Assembly: GCA_964357395.1 (NCBI GenBank)
Contig: CAYHLC010000001.1
Location: forward strand, 119,599 to 183,598
Source: an uncultured Candidatus Saccharibacteria bacterium
Lineage (GTDB): Bacteria; Patescibacteriota; Minisyncoccia; Phycocordibacterales; Phycocordibacteraceae
Length of the DNA: 64,000 nt
Direction of reading: 5' to 3'
Shown: piece by piece, positions 18,712-27,251 of the stretch
Layout: the number at the start of each line of letters is the position of its first letter
How positions within the stretch are numbered: position 1 is the first letter of the stretch
Notes under the pieces: model-generated
What the model saw: only the letters and a program-made list of their open reading frames with translations
What the model was told of the DNA's origin: nothing
Database searches by the model: none
Program-made: the position numbers and the translations under genes

Positions 18712-19764
18712 CTATCGCGAAGCGAGGCGTTGCGCACCCTCAGCTTTCAGTTCGTTGCCTGGCAGGCCGGCGCTGTGGCGGAGGTATGCGGCCATACCAA
18801 TCATTATCGAGTTATCGAGGTGGAGCTTGCCGGCAGGGTAGGCGAGGTGCACATCACTAAACTCAGCCGCGATAAGCTCCTCGAGTCCCCGCCGGATATC
18901 GCGGCTTGCAGAAACGCCACCACCAACTGCAAGAGTGCGCGCTCCTGTTTCCTCTAGGGCCTTCTTCGTCTTAGCAACTATGACATCGCGCGCAGCATCC
19001 TGGAACGCCTGTGCGACATGCTCCTTGTCCTCCTCCGTTAGCTGCTCCATCTTCTTCAGCTTGTAGAGCACCGCAGTCTTGAGGCCAGAGAAGGAGAAGT
19101 CGCACGAGTCCTCATGTATGAGTGGGCGAGGAAAGACGATGTCGTGCGTAGCGTTGCGCTCAGTCGCTTTCTTGTGTAGCGCCTCGATCTTTGGTCCACC
19201 TGGATACTCGAGTCCCAGCATGCGTGCCACCTTGTCGAACGCCTCGCCAACGGCATCGTCCTTGGTCTTGCCGATCAGCTCGTACTCGAACCACTTTTTC
19301 ATCAACACTAACTCGGTGTGTCCGCCTGATATCAGTAGGCCAAGGACGGGGAACTCTATATTACCGAGTGCGTAAGTGTCAGGGCCCCCAGTTACCATGC
19401 CGCTAACAATATGGCCCTCCATATGGTCGGTGCCATAGACAGGCACGCCCCACTCCTGCCCTAGCTTCTTTGCAAACTCGATGCCGGTCCAGAGTGCAGG
19501 CTCGAGGCCCGGCCCCTGTGTGACCGCTATCAGCTCCACTCCGTCTGCGGCCTTCCGCACTTGTTCCAATAATGTAGGCAAGTTCTTGATATGCTCGCGC
19601 TTGGCAAGGGTAGGGAACACGCCGCCATACTCGGCATGCAAGTGCGCTTGTGAGTACAGGGCGTCGCCAAGGACGGTAAAGGTGGCGCCGCTAGTATCGC
19701 CCGTACACTCGAGTACTGATATCGCAGTCTCGTCGCACGAGGTCTCGATGGATAGGATATTCAT
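18712..19764 (-). CDS. tsaD: tRNA N6-adenosine threonylcarbamoyltransferase TsaD (Kae1/YgjD)
   Basis: MNILSIETSCDETAISV, HMEGH metal site, GGVSAS. Confidence 0.92.
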   Translation of the reverse strand: MNILSIETSCDETAISVLECTGDTSGATFTVLGDALYSQAHLHAEYGGVFPTLAKREHIKNLPTLLEQVRKAADGVELIAVTQGPGLEPALWTGIEFAKKLGQEWGVPVYGTDHMEGHIVSGMVTGGPDTYALGNIEFPVLGLLISGGHTELVLMKKWFEYELIGKTKDDAVGEAFDKVARMLGLEYPGGPKIEALHKKATERNATHDIVFPRPLIHEDSCDFSFSGLKTAVLYKLKKMEQLTEEDKEHVAQAFQDAARDVIVAKTKKALEETGARTLAVGGGVSASRDIRRGLEELIAAEFSDVHLAYPAGKLHLDNSIMIGMAAYLRHSAGLPGNELKAEGAQRLASR

Positions 19765-19794
19765 CTGTGGTACTGTGAGTCTAGCAAAAATCGT

Positions 19795-20349
19795 ATGAAT
19801 CAGCGAGACGACCTACTAGTGTGGATGGACCTTGAGATGACCTCGCTCCTCGACCCAAACATCGACACTATTACCGAAGTTGCAGCCATAATTACAGACA
19901 AGGACCTAAACATTGTTGCGGAAGGGGAGCCGGTCGTAATTAAGGCGGACATGACCCGCTTCGACCAGATCCCTGCAGACGTGCTCGCTATACACCAAAA
20001 GTCGGGAATCATCGAGCGAGTACGCGAGAGCACTACCACAATGGCAGAGGCAGAGGAGCAGGTACTCGCATTCGTATCGCAGTACTGCACGCCGGGGAGT
20101 GCGCCACTCTGTGGCAACTCGATGACACTGGACCGCACCTTTATGCGGCTGCAAATGCCAAAGTTCTACGGCTACCTGCACTATCGCAATATTGATGTAA
20201 CGGCGATCAAGGAGTTGGCACGCCGTTGGCGACCAGAGCTGTACGAGGAGGCGCAGAAGATGAAAGAGGGCAAGACCCATCGCGCCCTCGACGACGTCCG
20301 TGGCTCGATAGCCGAACTCAAGTTCTACCGCGACAACTGGCTTAAATAA
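19795..20349 (+). CDS. orn: oligoribonuclease
   Basis: DEDDh exonuclease motifs: LVWMDLEMTSL, H at FYGYLHYRNIDV, DDV. Divergent from tsaD with only a 30-nt spacer. Confidence 0.88.
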   Translation: MNQRDDLLVWMDLEMTSLLDPNIDTITEVAAIITDKDLNIVAEGEPVVIKADMTRFDQIPADVLAIHQKSGIIERVRESTTTMAEAEEQVLAFVSQYCTPGSAPLCGNSMTLDRTFMRLQMPKFYGYLHYRNIDVTAIKELARRWRPELYEEAQKMKEGKTHRALDDVRGSIAELKFYRDNWLK

Positions 20350-20377
20350 GAAAAGCCGGCTTCCGCCGGCTGTATCG

Positions 20378-20452
20378 GGTGGGCGATACAAGACTCGAAC
20401 TTGTAACCCTCTCAACGTCAATGAGATGCTCTACCAATTGAGCTAATCGCCC
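20378..20452 (-). tRNA. tRNA-Val (anticodon GAC)
   Basis: Reverse-complement fold: acceptor GGGCGAT/ATCGCCC, D-arm GCTC-AATTGGTA-GAGC, anticodon stem TCTCA/TGAGA, loop TTGACGT, T-arm CAAGT-TCGAGTC-TTG. Confidence 0.85.
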
Positions 20453-20498
20453 AAATACCGGCTTATTTTTGCACTATTTAGGGCTACTGGCAATGCTG

Positions 20499-20527
20499 CA
20501 TAACCCACTTGACCTCTGAATATGAAG
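20499..20527 (+). promoter_or_regulatory. sigma70-like promoter TTGACC-N17-TATGAT
   Basis: Canonical spacing; drives a short unit ending at the terminator 20754..20777. Confidence 0.5.
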
Positions 20528-20630
20528 GACGTATGATCCCTTAATGCCTTGATTAAGAAGCAAGGTATCTCTGAAAGAAGGTCTCTTTCTAGGAAAGGGG
20601 AATTCTCTTGGGGGTTGTAATCAAAAAGAT

Positions 20631-20750
20631 ATGGGATTTGACGGTTCAGGATTTGAGGCGACATCGTACAACGAAGATGCCGGTTGCCCTGCTTGCAGTG
20701 GCGAAAAGGCTCCTCATAGCGACGGCTGCGCGTTCAAGAAGAAAAGATAG
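20631..20750 (+). CDS. small Cys-containing ORF (39 aa), hypothetical
   Basis: Own translation: MGFDGSGFEATSYNEDAGCPACSGEKAPHSDGCAFKKKR; directly followed by a strong terminator. Confidence 0.25.
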   Translation: MGFDGSGFEATSYNEDAGCPACSGEKAPHSDGCAFKKKR

Positions 20751-20753
20751 TCC

Positions 20754-20777
20754 AAAGGCCCCGAAAGGGGCTTTTTG
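20754..20777 (+). terminator. rho-independent terminator
   Basis: AGGCCCC-GAAA-GGGGCT followed by TTTTT. Confidence 0.75.
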
Positions 20778-20828
20778 TTATATACCCCATGAGATGACGC
20801 AGGCTATCTCACGGGGTATACTCCCCAA

Positions 20829-21374
20829 ATGATCTGGCTGTATCCAACTGATACGCTTTTTGGGCTTGGGGCCGATGCTACGGACCCGGCTGCTATCGCT
20901 GTGCTCCGCGAGCTGAAGGGGAGCCCGGGAGAAAAGCACATTTCGATAGTAGTCGCCGACCTAGCAATGATGCGGCAGTATGCGGAAGTAACTCCGCTAG
21001 CGGAAAAGCTGGCTGCTGCGTTCCTACCTGGCAAGCTGACACTCGTACTGAACGCTAAGAACTTGCCGAAGGACCTGTCGGAAGATGGCACTATCGGCAT
21101 ACGCATTCCGAACCACCCGGTGCCGCTCGCGCTGGTGCGCAAGCTCGGCAAGCCCATTACGGCGACGTCGGCTAACGTTTCGGGGCAGCCGTGCATGATG
21201 AGCGTGCCGGAGATACACGACCAGTTTGGAGACAAGTACTACCTACTCAAGCGCGAGGACGAGTGGCCGATGTGGCTACCACCATCCGCCCCCTCAACTG
21301 TTGTGGACGCCCGTGGTGACACCCCAATTGTGATCAGAGAGGGCGCGATCACTACTCAGCAAATATTCTTCTAG
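20829..21374 (+). CDS. tsaC: L-threonylcarbamoyladenylate synthase TsaC/YrdC
   Basis: YrdC-domain pattern: YPTDTLFGLGADATDP...GKLTLVLNAKN...KPITATSANVSGQP; ATG 6 nt after TATACT. Confidence 0.85.
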   Translation: MIWLYPTDTLFGLGADATDPAAIAVLRELKGSPGEKHISIVVADLAMMRQYAEVTPLAEKLAAAFLPGKLTLVLNAKNLPKDLSEDGTIGIRIPNHPVPLALVRKLGKPITATSANVSGQPCMMSVPEIHDQFGDKYYLLKREDEWPMWLPPSAPSTVVDARGDTPIVIREGAITTQQIFF

Positions 21375-21445
21375 ATATTATAAGCTACGATCGTACATAA
21401 TAATGTCGAGCTTGTGTAGTGGGGGTGGTGACGTAGAATAGGGGA

Positions 21446-22126
21446 ATGAAACTCACTCTGATCGGCAAACGCGTTGAGGCGGAGGCGGTAACGTCGTTTG
21501 TTTGGCAGCCAGAGGTACCACTCGCGTGGGAGGCGGGGCAGTATCTAGAGTACACGCTCCCGCACGAGAATCCGGACGAGCGGGGGATACAACGCTGGTT
21601 CACCATCGCGTCCGCGCCATACGAGGGCACGCCAATGATCACTACCCGGGTAGCACCCGATAGGAGTAGCACCTTCAAGGTCGCTTTGCAGACGCTCGAG
21701 CCGGGAGCGACTATTGAAGTCGACGCCCCTGAGGGGGACTTTGTGCTCGGCGATCCGACTGCCGAATACGTTTTCATTGCTGGCGGTATCGGCGTTACCC
21801 CATTCCACTCGATACTGAAAGAAGCCGATCATGCCGGGACAAGGTTGAAGGTCACACTGCTCTATGCCAACCGCAGCGCCGATGTTCCGTTCGGGGCGGA
21901 GCTCGACTCGTTTGCTGCGCACAACTCAAACTTGAAGATCATATACCTCACCGACCCCGAGCGGATAGACGAGTTGTCGATCAGGAAGTATGTGCCGAAC
22001 CTCGCGTCCTCCATGCTCTATGTATCTGGTCCAGAGAAGATGGTAAAGGGCATAGCGGCCGAATTGGTACGGCTCGGCGCGACAGAAGGAAATATCAAGA
22101 TGGACGACTTCCCAGGGTACGACTAG
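21446..22126 (+). CDS. FAD/NAD(P)-binding oxidoreductase (ferredoxin-NADP reductase-like)
   Basis: RWFTIAS (RxYS-type FAD site), GGIGVTP NAD(P) motif; 226 aa. Confidence 0.7.
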   Translation: MKLTLIGKRVEAEAVTSFVWQPEVPLAWEAGQYLEYTLPHENPDERGIQRWFTIASAPYEGTPMITTRVAPDRSSTFKVALQTLEPGATIEVDAPEGDFVLGDPTAEYVFIAGGIGVTPFHSILKEADHAGTRLKVTLLYANRSADVPFGAELDSFAAHNSNLKIIYLTDPERIDELSIRKYVPNLASSMLYVSGPEKMVKGIAAELVRLGATEGNIKMDDFPGYD

Positions 22127-22277
22127 CCAAAGCTGCAATGTGGTGTATACTAGCTGCAGCTCTGGTCCTATAACCCTAGGACTGACTGTTCAGAGATTGC
22201 GAGAGGGGATACCCTCCGAAAAACCCGTCAGGGGTCAGTCTTTGTATGTCAGAATTAGGACTTGGCCCGAGTTATAT

Positions 22278-24047
22278 ATGCAGATACATAACATACCAAG
22301 AGCACCACTCCGCTTCGCACTACACGTTTCGAAGCCTTTTTGGCCGTGGGCACTACTGACGATTGCTTTTGGTGTGATCGCTGGCACCATGGACACGGCG
22401 ACGTACTACGTATTTAAGCAATTGGTCGACACCGCAGAGGCGTACACCCTCGGCGCTAGTGTCCAGTCAGTGATGCTCTTTTGGGTGCTGATATATGCAG
22501 TCACGGCTGTCGGGCACAACTTTATGTGGAGAGTCTCAGGCCTCTCGGCCATGCAATGGTTTACTGGCTCACGTAAGTACTCGACCGATCTGCTGTACCG
22601 CTACCTTGCCGAGCACTCGACGCCCTACTTCAACAACCGCTTTGCTGGCTCGATTGCCAACAAGATCGCAAACGCCTCGGGCGGTGTGCAGGGTTTGTAC
22701 GAGACCATCATGTGGAGTTACCTAAACGTCGCGATCGCGATCACCGGTGCCACATACCTGATCCTAACAGTAAGCCAGACATTGGCAGGAATATTTATTG
22801 GTTGGATAGTGCTCCTCCTTGTTGCCAACTACTTCCTGTCAAAGAGGACTACACTCTATTCCGAGCGCCGCGCAGAAGTAAAGTCGAGGGTCAATGGAAT
22901 GGTGGTCGACATCATCACCAACATGCGTGCAGTCAAGAGCTTTGCACAGGGACAGGAAGAAATTGCGAGAGTGGAGGGGGGAACAGAGGAGATCAAGCGT
23001 GCCACCATCCTTAGTTGGTTTTATGGCGACATGCTACTTGTGTTTAACGCGGTGGTGATGGGCCTCTTTGCCGTTAGCATGATCGCGGGCGCGTGGTACC
23101 TGTGGAGCATCAGCATGATGTCGACTGGCGAGTTTGTGATGATCCTTACGATATTGAACGGAATTATCGGCTGGTTTACTCACATTGGACAATCAATGCG
23201 TGCGTTTGCCGAGCGGTATGGCGAGGTGGAGGAGGGGCTCGACGAGATCCTCGTTCCGCACGAGATAGTGGACGCGGAGGGCGCCAAGGATCTGACACTC
23301 GAGAAGGGCGACGTCGTCTTCGATAATGTCACCTTCAAGTACACTACGCAGAACGTGTTTGAGGACTTCAACCTTACCATTCCTGCGGGACAGCGCGTAG
23401 GCATCGTCGGTCCATCGGGCGCTGGCAAGACCTCGCTCGTTGCACTCTTGATGCGCCAGCACGATGTGAACGTCGCGGGGCGGATCACCGTAAGCGGGCA
23501 GGACATACGTGACCTAACCCAGGACTCGCTGCACGAGGCCATAGCCCTCGTGCCGCAGGAGCCGAACCTCTTCCACCGCTCGATACGCGACAACATCGCC
23601 TATGGTCGCCCAGACGCGACCGATGAGCAGGTGCATGAGGCAGCACGTAAGGCGCAGGCGCACGAGTTCATTATGGCTCTGCCGGATGGATACAAGACGT
23701 TGGTGGGCGAGCGCGGCATCAAGCTCTCTGGCGGACAGCGCCAGAGGGTGGCTATTGCTCGCGCGATACTGAAGGCCGCACCGTTCCTGATACTCGACGA
23801 GGCAACATCATCATTGGACTCCGAGTCAGAGGCAGAGATCCAGACAGCCCTCCACGAGCTGATGCAGGGGAAGACGGTGATCGCTATCGCGCACCGCCTC
23901 TCGACGATCAAGGAGATGGATCGTATCGTGGTCATGGACGGCGGCGCCATTACTGAGGACGGCACACACGCTGAGCTCGTTGGTATTAAGGACGGGCTCT
24001 ATGCCCGCCTCTGGACCCACCAAGCTGGCGGCTTCCTCGAAGACTAA
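22278..24047 (+). CDS. ABC exporter, fused permease/ATPase (MsbA-like)
   Basis: Track ORF 22140 trimmed to Met 22278 before the first TM. 6 TM then Walker A GPSGAGKTS, signature LSGGQRQRVAIARA, Walker B ILDEATSSLD. Confidence 0.85.
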   Translation: MQIHNIPRAPLRFALHVSKPFWPWALLTIAFGVIAGTMDTATYYVFKQLVDTAEAYTLGASVQSVMLFWVLIYAVTAVGHNFMWRVSGLSAMQWFTGSRKYSTDLLYRYLAEHSTPYFNNRFAGSIANKIANASGGVQGLYETIMWSYLNVAIAITGATYLILTVSQTLAGIFIGWIVLLLVANYFLSKRTTLYSERRAEVKSRVNGMVVDIITNMRAVKSFAQGQEEIARVEGGTEEIKRATILSWFYGDMLLVFNAVVMGLFAVSMIAGAWYLWSISMMSTGEFVMILTILNGIIGWFTHIGQSMRAFAERYGEVEEGLDEILVPHEIVDAEGAKDLTLEKGDVVFDNVTFKYTTQNVFEDFNLTIPAGQRVGIVGPSGAGKTSLVALLMRQHDVNVAGRITVSGQDIRDLTQDSLHEAIALVPQEPNLFHRSIRDNIAYGRPDATDEQVHEAARKAQAHEFIMALPDGYKTLVGERGIKLSGGQRQRVAIARAILKAAPFLILDEATSSLDSESEAEIQTALHELMQGKTVIAIAHRLSTIKEMDRIVVMDGGAITEDGTHAELVGIKDGLYARLWTHQAGGFLED

Positions 24048-24066
24048 GCACAAATACTGCTCAGGA

Positions 24067-24423
24067 TTACTCTTGCTGCTTATCAAGCTTTGCAGCAGCT
24101 TCTGGTGTGGACACCGTTTTGCTCATGAGCAGTAGCTGCACAATTGCGTATGCAACGAGCAAATACACAAACATTGCAAGCAATGTTGTCCACTCGAAAA
24201 TGCTGCCCTGCACCACAGTTCTCGGAAACACCGCAAGAAACGGTGCCGTGAAGGGCCACGTGAGGCTATAGACGAGGCTCGTGAATCCCGCGTCCGCATT
24301 TGCTGCCATAAGCTTTAGCACAAAGCGGAAGGCGAGGAGTGCCTCAATCAAAGAGAGCAGATACCATACGATCTGAGTCCCCTTGAAAAGTGGTTTTGTG
24401 GTCGGCGAGTTGTAGGAATCCAT
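24067..24423 (-). CDS. YggT-like small membrane protein
   Basis: 118 aa, 3-4 TM. Weak resemblance to YggT/Ycf19. Confidence 0.4.
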   Translation of the reverse strand: MDSYNSPTTKPLFKGTQIVWYLLSLIEALLAFRFVLKLMAANADAGFTSLVYSLTWPFTAPFLAVFPRTVVQGSIFEWTTLLAMFVYLLVAYAIVQLLLMSKTVSTPEAAAKLDKQQE

Positions 24424-24444
24424 GAATGAGTGTGAATTGGTAAC

Positions 24445-24696
24445 TTATGAGCGACGAACCGCTTTTACAATTGCGATAAGTACGCACGCGCCAAGGATTG
24501 CAACTAAGAGGCTGTATAGGTCAAACCCTTGCACACCACTCTCGCCCACAATACTCATGAGCCATCCTCCAACAACCGCACCAACAACGCCAACGACGAC
24601 ATTCAAGACTGCGCCCTGCTCTGCGTCAGTCTTCATAATCATTGAGGCAATCCATCCAACCAATGCACCAAATACAATCCAAAGTATGAGTCCCAT
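24445..24696 (-). CDS. GlsB/YeaQ/YmgE family membrane protein
   Basis: MGLILWIVFGALVGWIASMIMKTD...VVGVVGAVVGGWL...LVAILGACVLIAIVKAV, the classic transglycosylase-associated small protein pattern. Confidence 0.8.
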   Translation of the reverse strand: MGLILWIVFGALVGWIASMIMKTDAEQGAVLNVVVGVVGAVVGGWLMSIVGESGVQGFDLYSLLVAILGACVLIAIVKAVRRS

Positions 24697-24701
24697 AGAG
24701 T

Positions 24702-25769
24702 TTATTTAGTTTTAAATGTTATACGGTCGCCGCGAACAACGCCTGTTGCGTTTTGGACTATCAGTCGAGCATAGTACGTGGTATTTGGCGTCAGGCCTGT
24801 AACCGGTGCGCTAACAGTTGCGGTGCTCTGTGTGCCCGCAGCCGGTAGGTGTGCAGTTTCATTGAGGAGTGATGCTACAAAGTTTGCGTCAGTACTATAC
24901 TCGAACCAGTACGTAACGGCCGCACCGTTTGGAGTTACCGTACCGCGGAGTGTGGCGCTCGTCCCTGTAACCACAGTAGCTGAGCCTGTGTTAGCTCCAG
25001 GCGCAGATGCTGCTTGCGGCCCAAGGGTTCTAAAGGTAAGTATCGAGCCGTTTACTGTGCCGAATTGATTTTGTGTGTTAATGCGGAAGTGATACGTGGT
25101 CAGTGGCTGTAGATTTGAGAGTGACTGTGATGCTGGGACTTTTGCCACGCCATCCCCGACTGGCACAAACGGGGTCGTGTTTCCTAACGCTGCGGTGGTG
25201 CCGTACTCAAACCAGTACTGCGTTGCGGCACTGTTCGGTGTCACTTCGCCACTCAAATTTGCGGTCATCCTGGTAATGTCAGAAGCGGCAAGCGTCTTGG
25301 TGGTTGGTGCTGAACCAACTGGTGCTGGGTTGTCATGTGTGGTGACAAATGTCCGTATGGTACCTGCAGTGTCGCCGTGCTGATTGGATGCCACGACTCG
25401 GGAGTGATACGTTGTGTCTTTTGTGAGCCCGGCAATAAATGCAGGGGAGGGGATGCTTGTGTAACCGGAACCGAGGTTCTGTGTCGTTGTTTTGCTTCCC
25501 AATGAGGCAGATGTGCCGTATTCATACCAATAGCTGGTAAGGGCGCCGTTTGGTGTAATACTGCCCGTCACGACAGCAGCAGTGTCTGATGGTACTGCAA
25601 GCGAGTCAGTAGTGGCAACCGGTGCCCCCGGAGTAAACTCCTCCGTGTTGACCCCCGTTGGAGTGGAGGTTGCAGTCTGCGACGTCGTGTCTACCGTCGT
25701 GGCGTAGTAGGCGAGTCCAGCGAGTAAGACGATGACGATTCCAATAATTATTACTGTGTTTTGGTTCAT
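24702..25769 (-). CDS. membrane-anchored surface protein with three tandem FN3-like ~95-aa repeats
   Basis: N-terminal TM then three repeats each with TPNG(A)..T.YW(Y/F)EYGT...L...T.YH.R..A.N..G...G.I.TF.T. Confidence 0.65.
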   Translation of the reverse strand: MNQNTVIIIGIVIVLLAGLAYYATTVDTTSQTATSTPTGVNTEEFTPGAPVATTDSLAVPSDTAAVVTGSITPNGALTSYWYEYGTSASLGSKTTTQNLGSGYTSIPSPAFIAGLTKDTTYHSRVVASNQHGDTAGTIRTFVTTHDNPAPVGSAPTTKTLAASDITRMTANLSGEVTPNSAATQYWFEYGTTAALGNTTPFVPVGDGVAKVPASQSLSNLQPLTTYHFRINTQNQFGTVNGSILTFRTLGPQAASAPGANTGSATVVTGTSATLRGTVTPNGAAVTYWFEYSTDANFVASLLNETAHLPAAGTQSTATVSAPVTGLTPNTTYYARLIVQNATGVVRGDRITFKTK

Positions 25770-25886
25770 GACAAAATGATTATTAAAAGGCTAAATACCT
25801 TAAAGTCTAATCATAGAGGTATTGCCATGAAAGCCACATGAAGCTCCTTCATGAAGGCCTAAAACAAAGATTAATTAATTTGGGTG

Positions 25887-26255
25887 TTATTTCCGCAAGA
25901 TCTTGTCCATCGTGCGGCCGCGAGCGAGCTCGTCAACCAGCTTGTCCATATAGCGGATGGCCTGCATCGTAGGCTCCTTGATATCCTCCACCCGTACGCC
26001 GCAGATAAGGCCCGTAACTAGCCTCCGTTTCGGATTCAGCTTAGGCGCCTTCTTAAAGAATGTTTGGAGGTCCGTACCTTTCTTAATCTGCACCTCGAGC
26101 CCCTTTTGCGTATATCCAGTCAGCCAGCAGAGGACCTCGTCGAGCTCCTTCTTAGTCCTACCCTTCCTCTTAACCTTGGTCAGATACAGGCCATAGATCA
26201 GCGCAAAGCTGTATGCGTACACTCGCTCCAGAGTCTTCTTGCTTGCGGGCTTCAT
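25887..26255 (-). CDS. DUF2200 domain protein
   Basis: RVYAYSFALIYGLYLTKVKRKGRTKKELDEVLCWLTGYTQKGLE...LICGVRVEDIKEPTMQAIRYMDKLVDELARGRTMDKILRK matches the DUF2200 pattern. Confidence 0.75.
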   Translation of the reverse strand: MKPASKKTLERVYAYSFALIYGLYLTKVKRKGRTKKELDEVLCWLTGYTQKGLEVQIKKGTDLQTFFKKAPKLNPKRRLVTGLICGVRVEDIKEPTMQAIRYMDKLVDELARGRTMDKILRK

Positions 26256-26258
26256 GAC

Positions 26259-26741
26259 TTAGCCACGGCGGGCAGCCTCGATGGCTGCTATATCAATCTT
26301 CTGCATCTGCATCATCGCGTCGAAGGCGCGCTTGCCCTCCGCACCCCCAGCTGCAATAGCATCGGTTAGGGCACGCGGCGTTATCTGCCACGAGACTCCC
26401 CAGCGATCCTTACACCACCCGCACGCACTCTCTACGCCGCCGTTCCCAACAATTGCGTTCCAATACTTATCAGTCTCTTCCTGGTTATCAGTAGCGATCT
26501 GGAAGGAGAACGCCTCGCTCTGCTTAAAGGCGGTGCCGCCATTCAATCCGATGCAGGGGATACCAAAGACGGTGAACTCGACCGTGAGCACGTCGCCCTC
26601 CTTACCGTCGGGGAAGTCCGAAGGCGCCTTATAGATAGCCCCCACCTTACTATCAGGGAACGTAGCTGCATAGAACTCGGCTGCCGCCTGCGCATCTCTG
26701 TCATACCAAAGGCATATTGTGTTTTTTGGTTGTGTGTTCAT
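26259..26741 (-). CDS. PhnB-like VOC-family protein (3-demethylubiquinone-9 3-methyltransferase domain)
   Basis: Track ORF 26259..26828 trimmed to Met 26741 (MNTQPKNTICLWYDRDAQ...); conserved GIPCIGLNGG...ACGWCKDRWGVSWQI. Confidence 0.7.
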   Translation of the reverse strand: MNTQPKNTICLWYDRDAQAAAEFYAATFPDSKVGAIYKAPSDFPDGKEGDVLTVEFTVFGIPCIGLNGGTAFKQSEAFSFQIATDNQEETDKYWNAIVGNGGVESACGWCKDRWGVSWQITPRALTDAIAAGGAEGKRAFDAMMQMQKIDIAAIEAARRG

Positions 26742-26866
26742 GATAAGGAGCATTGTAACAAATCGTCTATGAAAATTGCCCCGAAGGGGCATTTTTCTGT
26801 GAGCGGCACCCTGCCGTGGCAGGTGCACTTGGATTTTCTAGAACGCTTCGCGTTAAGAAAAATCTC

Positions 26867-26955
26867 GGCGGAGAGGGAGGGATTCGAACCCTCGAAGAGG
26901 TTTCCCCCTTGCTGGTTTTCGAAACCAGTGCGTTCGACCACTCTGCCACCTCTCC
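26867..26955 (-). tRNA. tRNA-Ser (anticodon CGA), class II
   Basis: Reverse-complement fold: acceptor GGAGAGG/CCTCTCC, anticodon stem CTGGT/ACCAG, loop TTCGAAA, long variable arm, T-arm GAGGG-TTCGAAT-CCCTC. Confidence 0.85.
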
Positions 26956-27023
26956 AGGTTTTGCTCCGTGACGAACTGTTCGATTCTAGCATTTCGGGGC
27001 CAAAATGCTATATTTCCCACTGA

Positions 27024-27095
27024 GGCCCTATCGTCTAACGGTTAGGACACCAGCTTTTCAAGCTGAGAACCCGGGTTCGACTCCCGGTAGGGTCA
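27024..27095 (+). tRNA. tRNA-Glu (anticodon TTC)
   Basis: Acceptor GGCCCTA/TAGGGTC, D-arm GTCT-AACGGTTA-GGAC, anticodon loop TTTTCAA, T-arm CCGGG-TTCGACT-CCCGG. Confidence 0.8.
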
Positions 27096-27211
27096 TGCAG
27101 ACAAACCAATCCCATCGCGGTGGAATAATCATGCAAATACTGCCTGGCATTACCTCCCCTCATATAGTTGAGCTACTATTAAGAAAGAGGTTACCTTGGG
27201 TGATCTGTCGT

Positions 27212-27240
27212 TTGAGTGGCGTCCCTCAGCGACATATAAT
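27212..27240 (+). promoter_or_regulatory. canonical sigma70-type promoter TTGAGT-N17-TATAAT for the 801-aa island gene
   Basis: -35 27212-27217, -10 27235-27240, ATG at 27252 (near-leaderless). Confidence 0.55.
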
Positions 27241-27251
27241 GTACGCAGCAT

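Noticed and set aside
20355-20370. GCCGGC-TTCC-GCCGGC hairpin after orn as a terminator
   Set aside because: No T-run follows and it lies against tRNA-Val on the other strand; too weak to call.
20608-20832. Track ORF 74 aa (TTG start) upstream of tsaC
   Set aside because: Reads through a strong terminator hairpin and into the tsaC start. The 39-aa ATG ORF that ends at the terminator was preferred, at low confidence.
26730-27023. ORFs overlapping tRNA-Ser(CGA)/tRNA-Glu on both strands
   Set aside because: They overlap confidently folded tRNAs.
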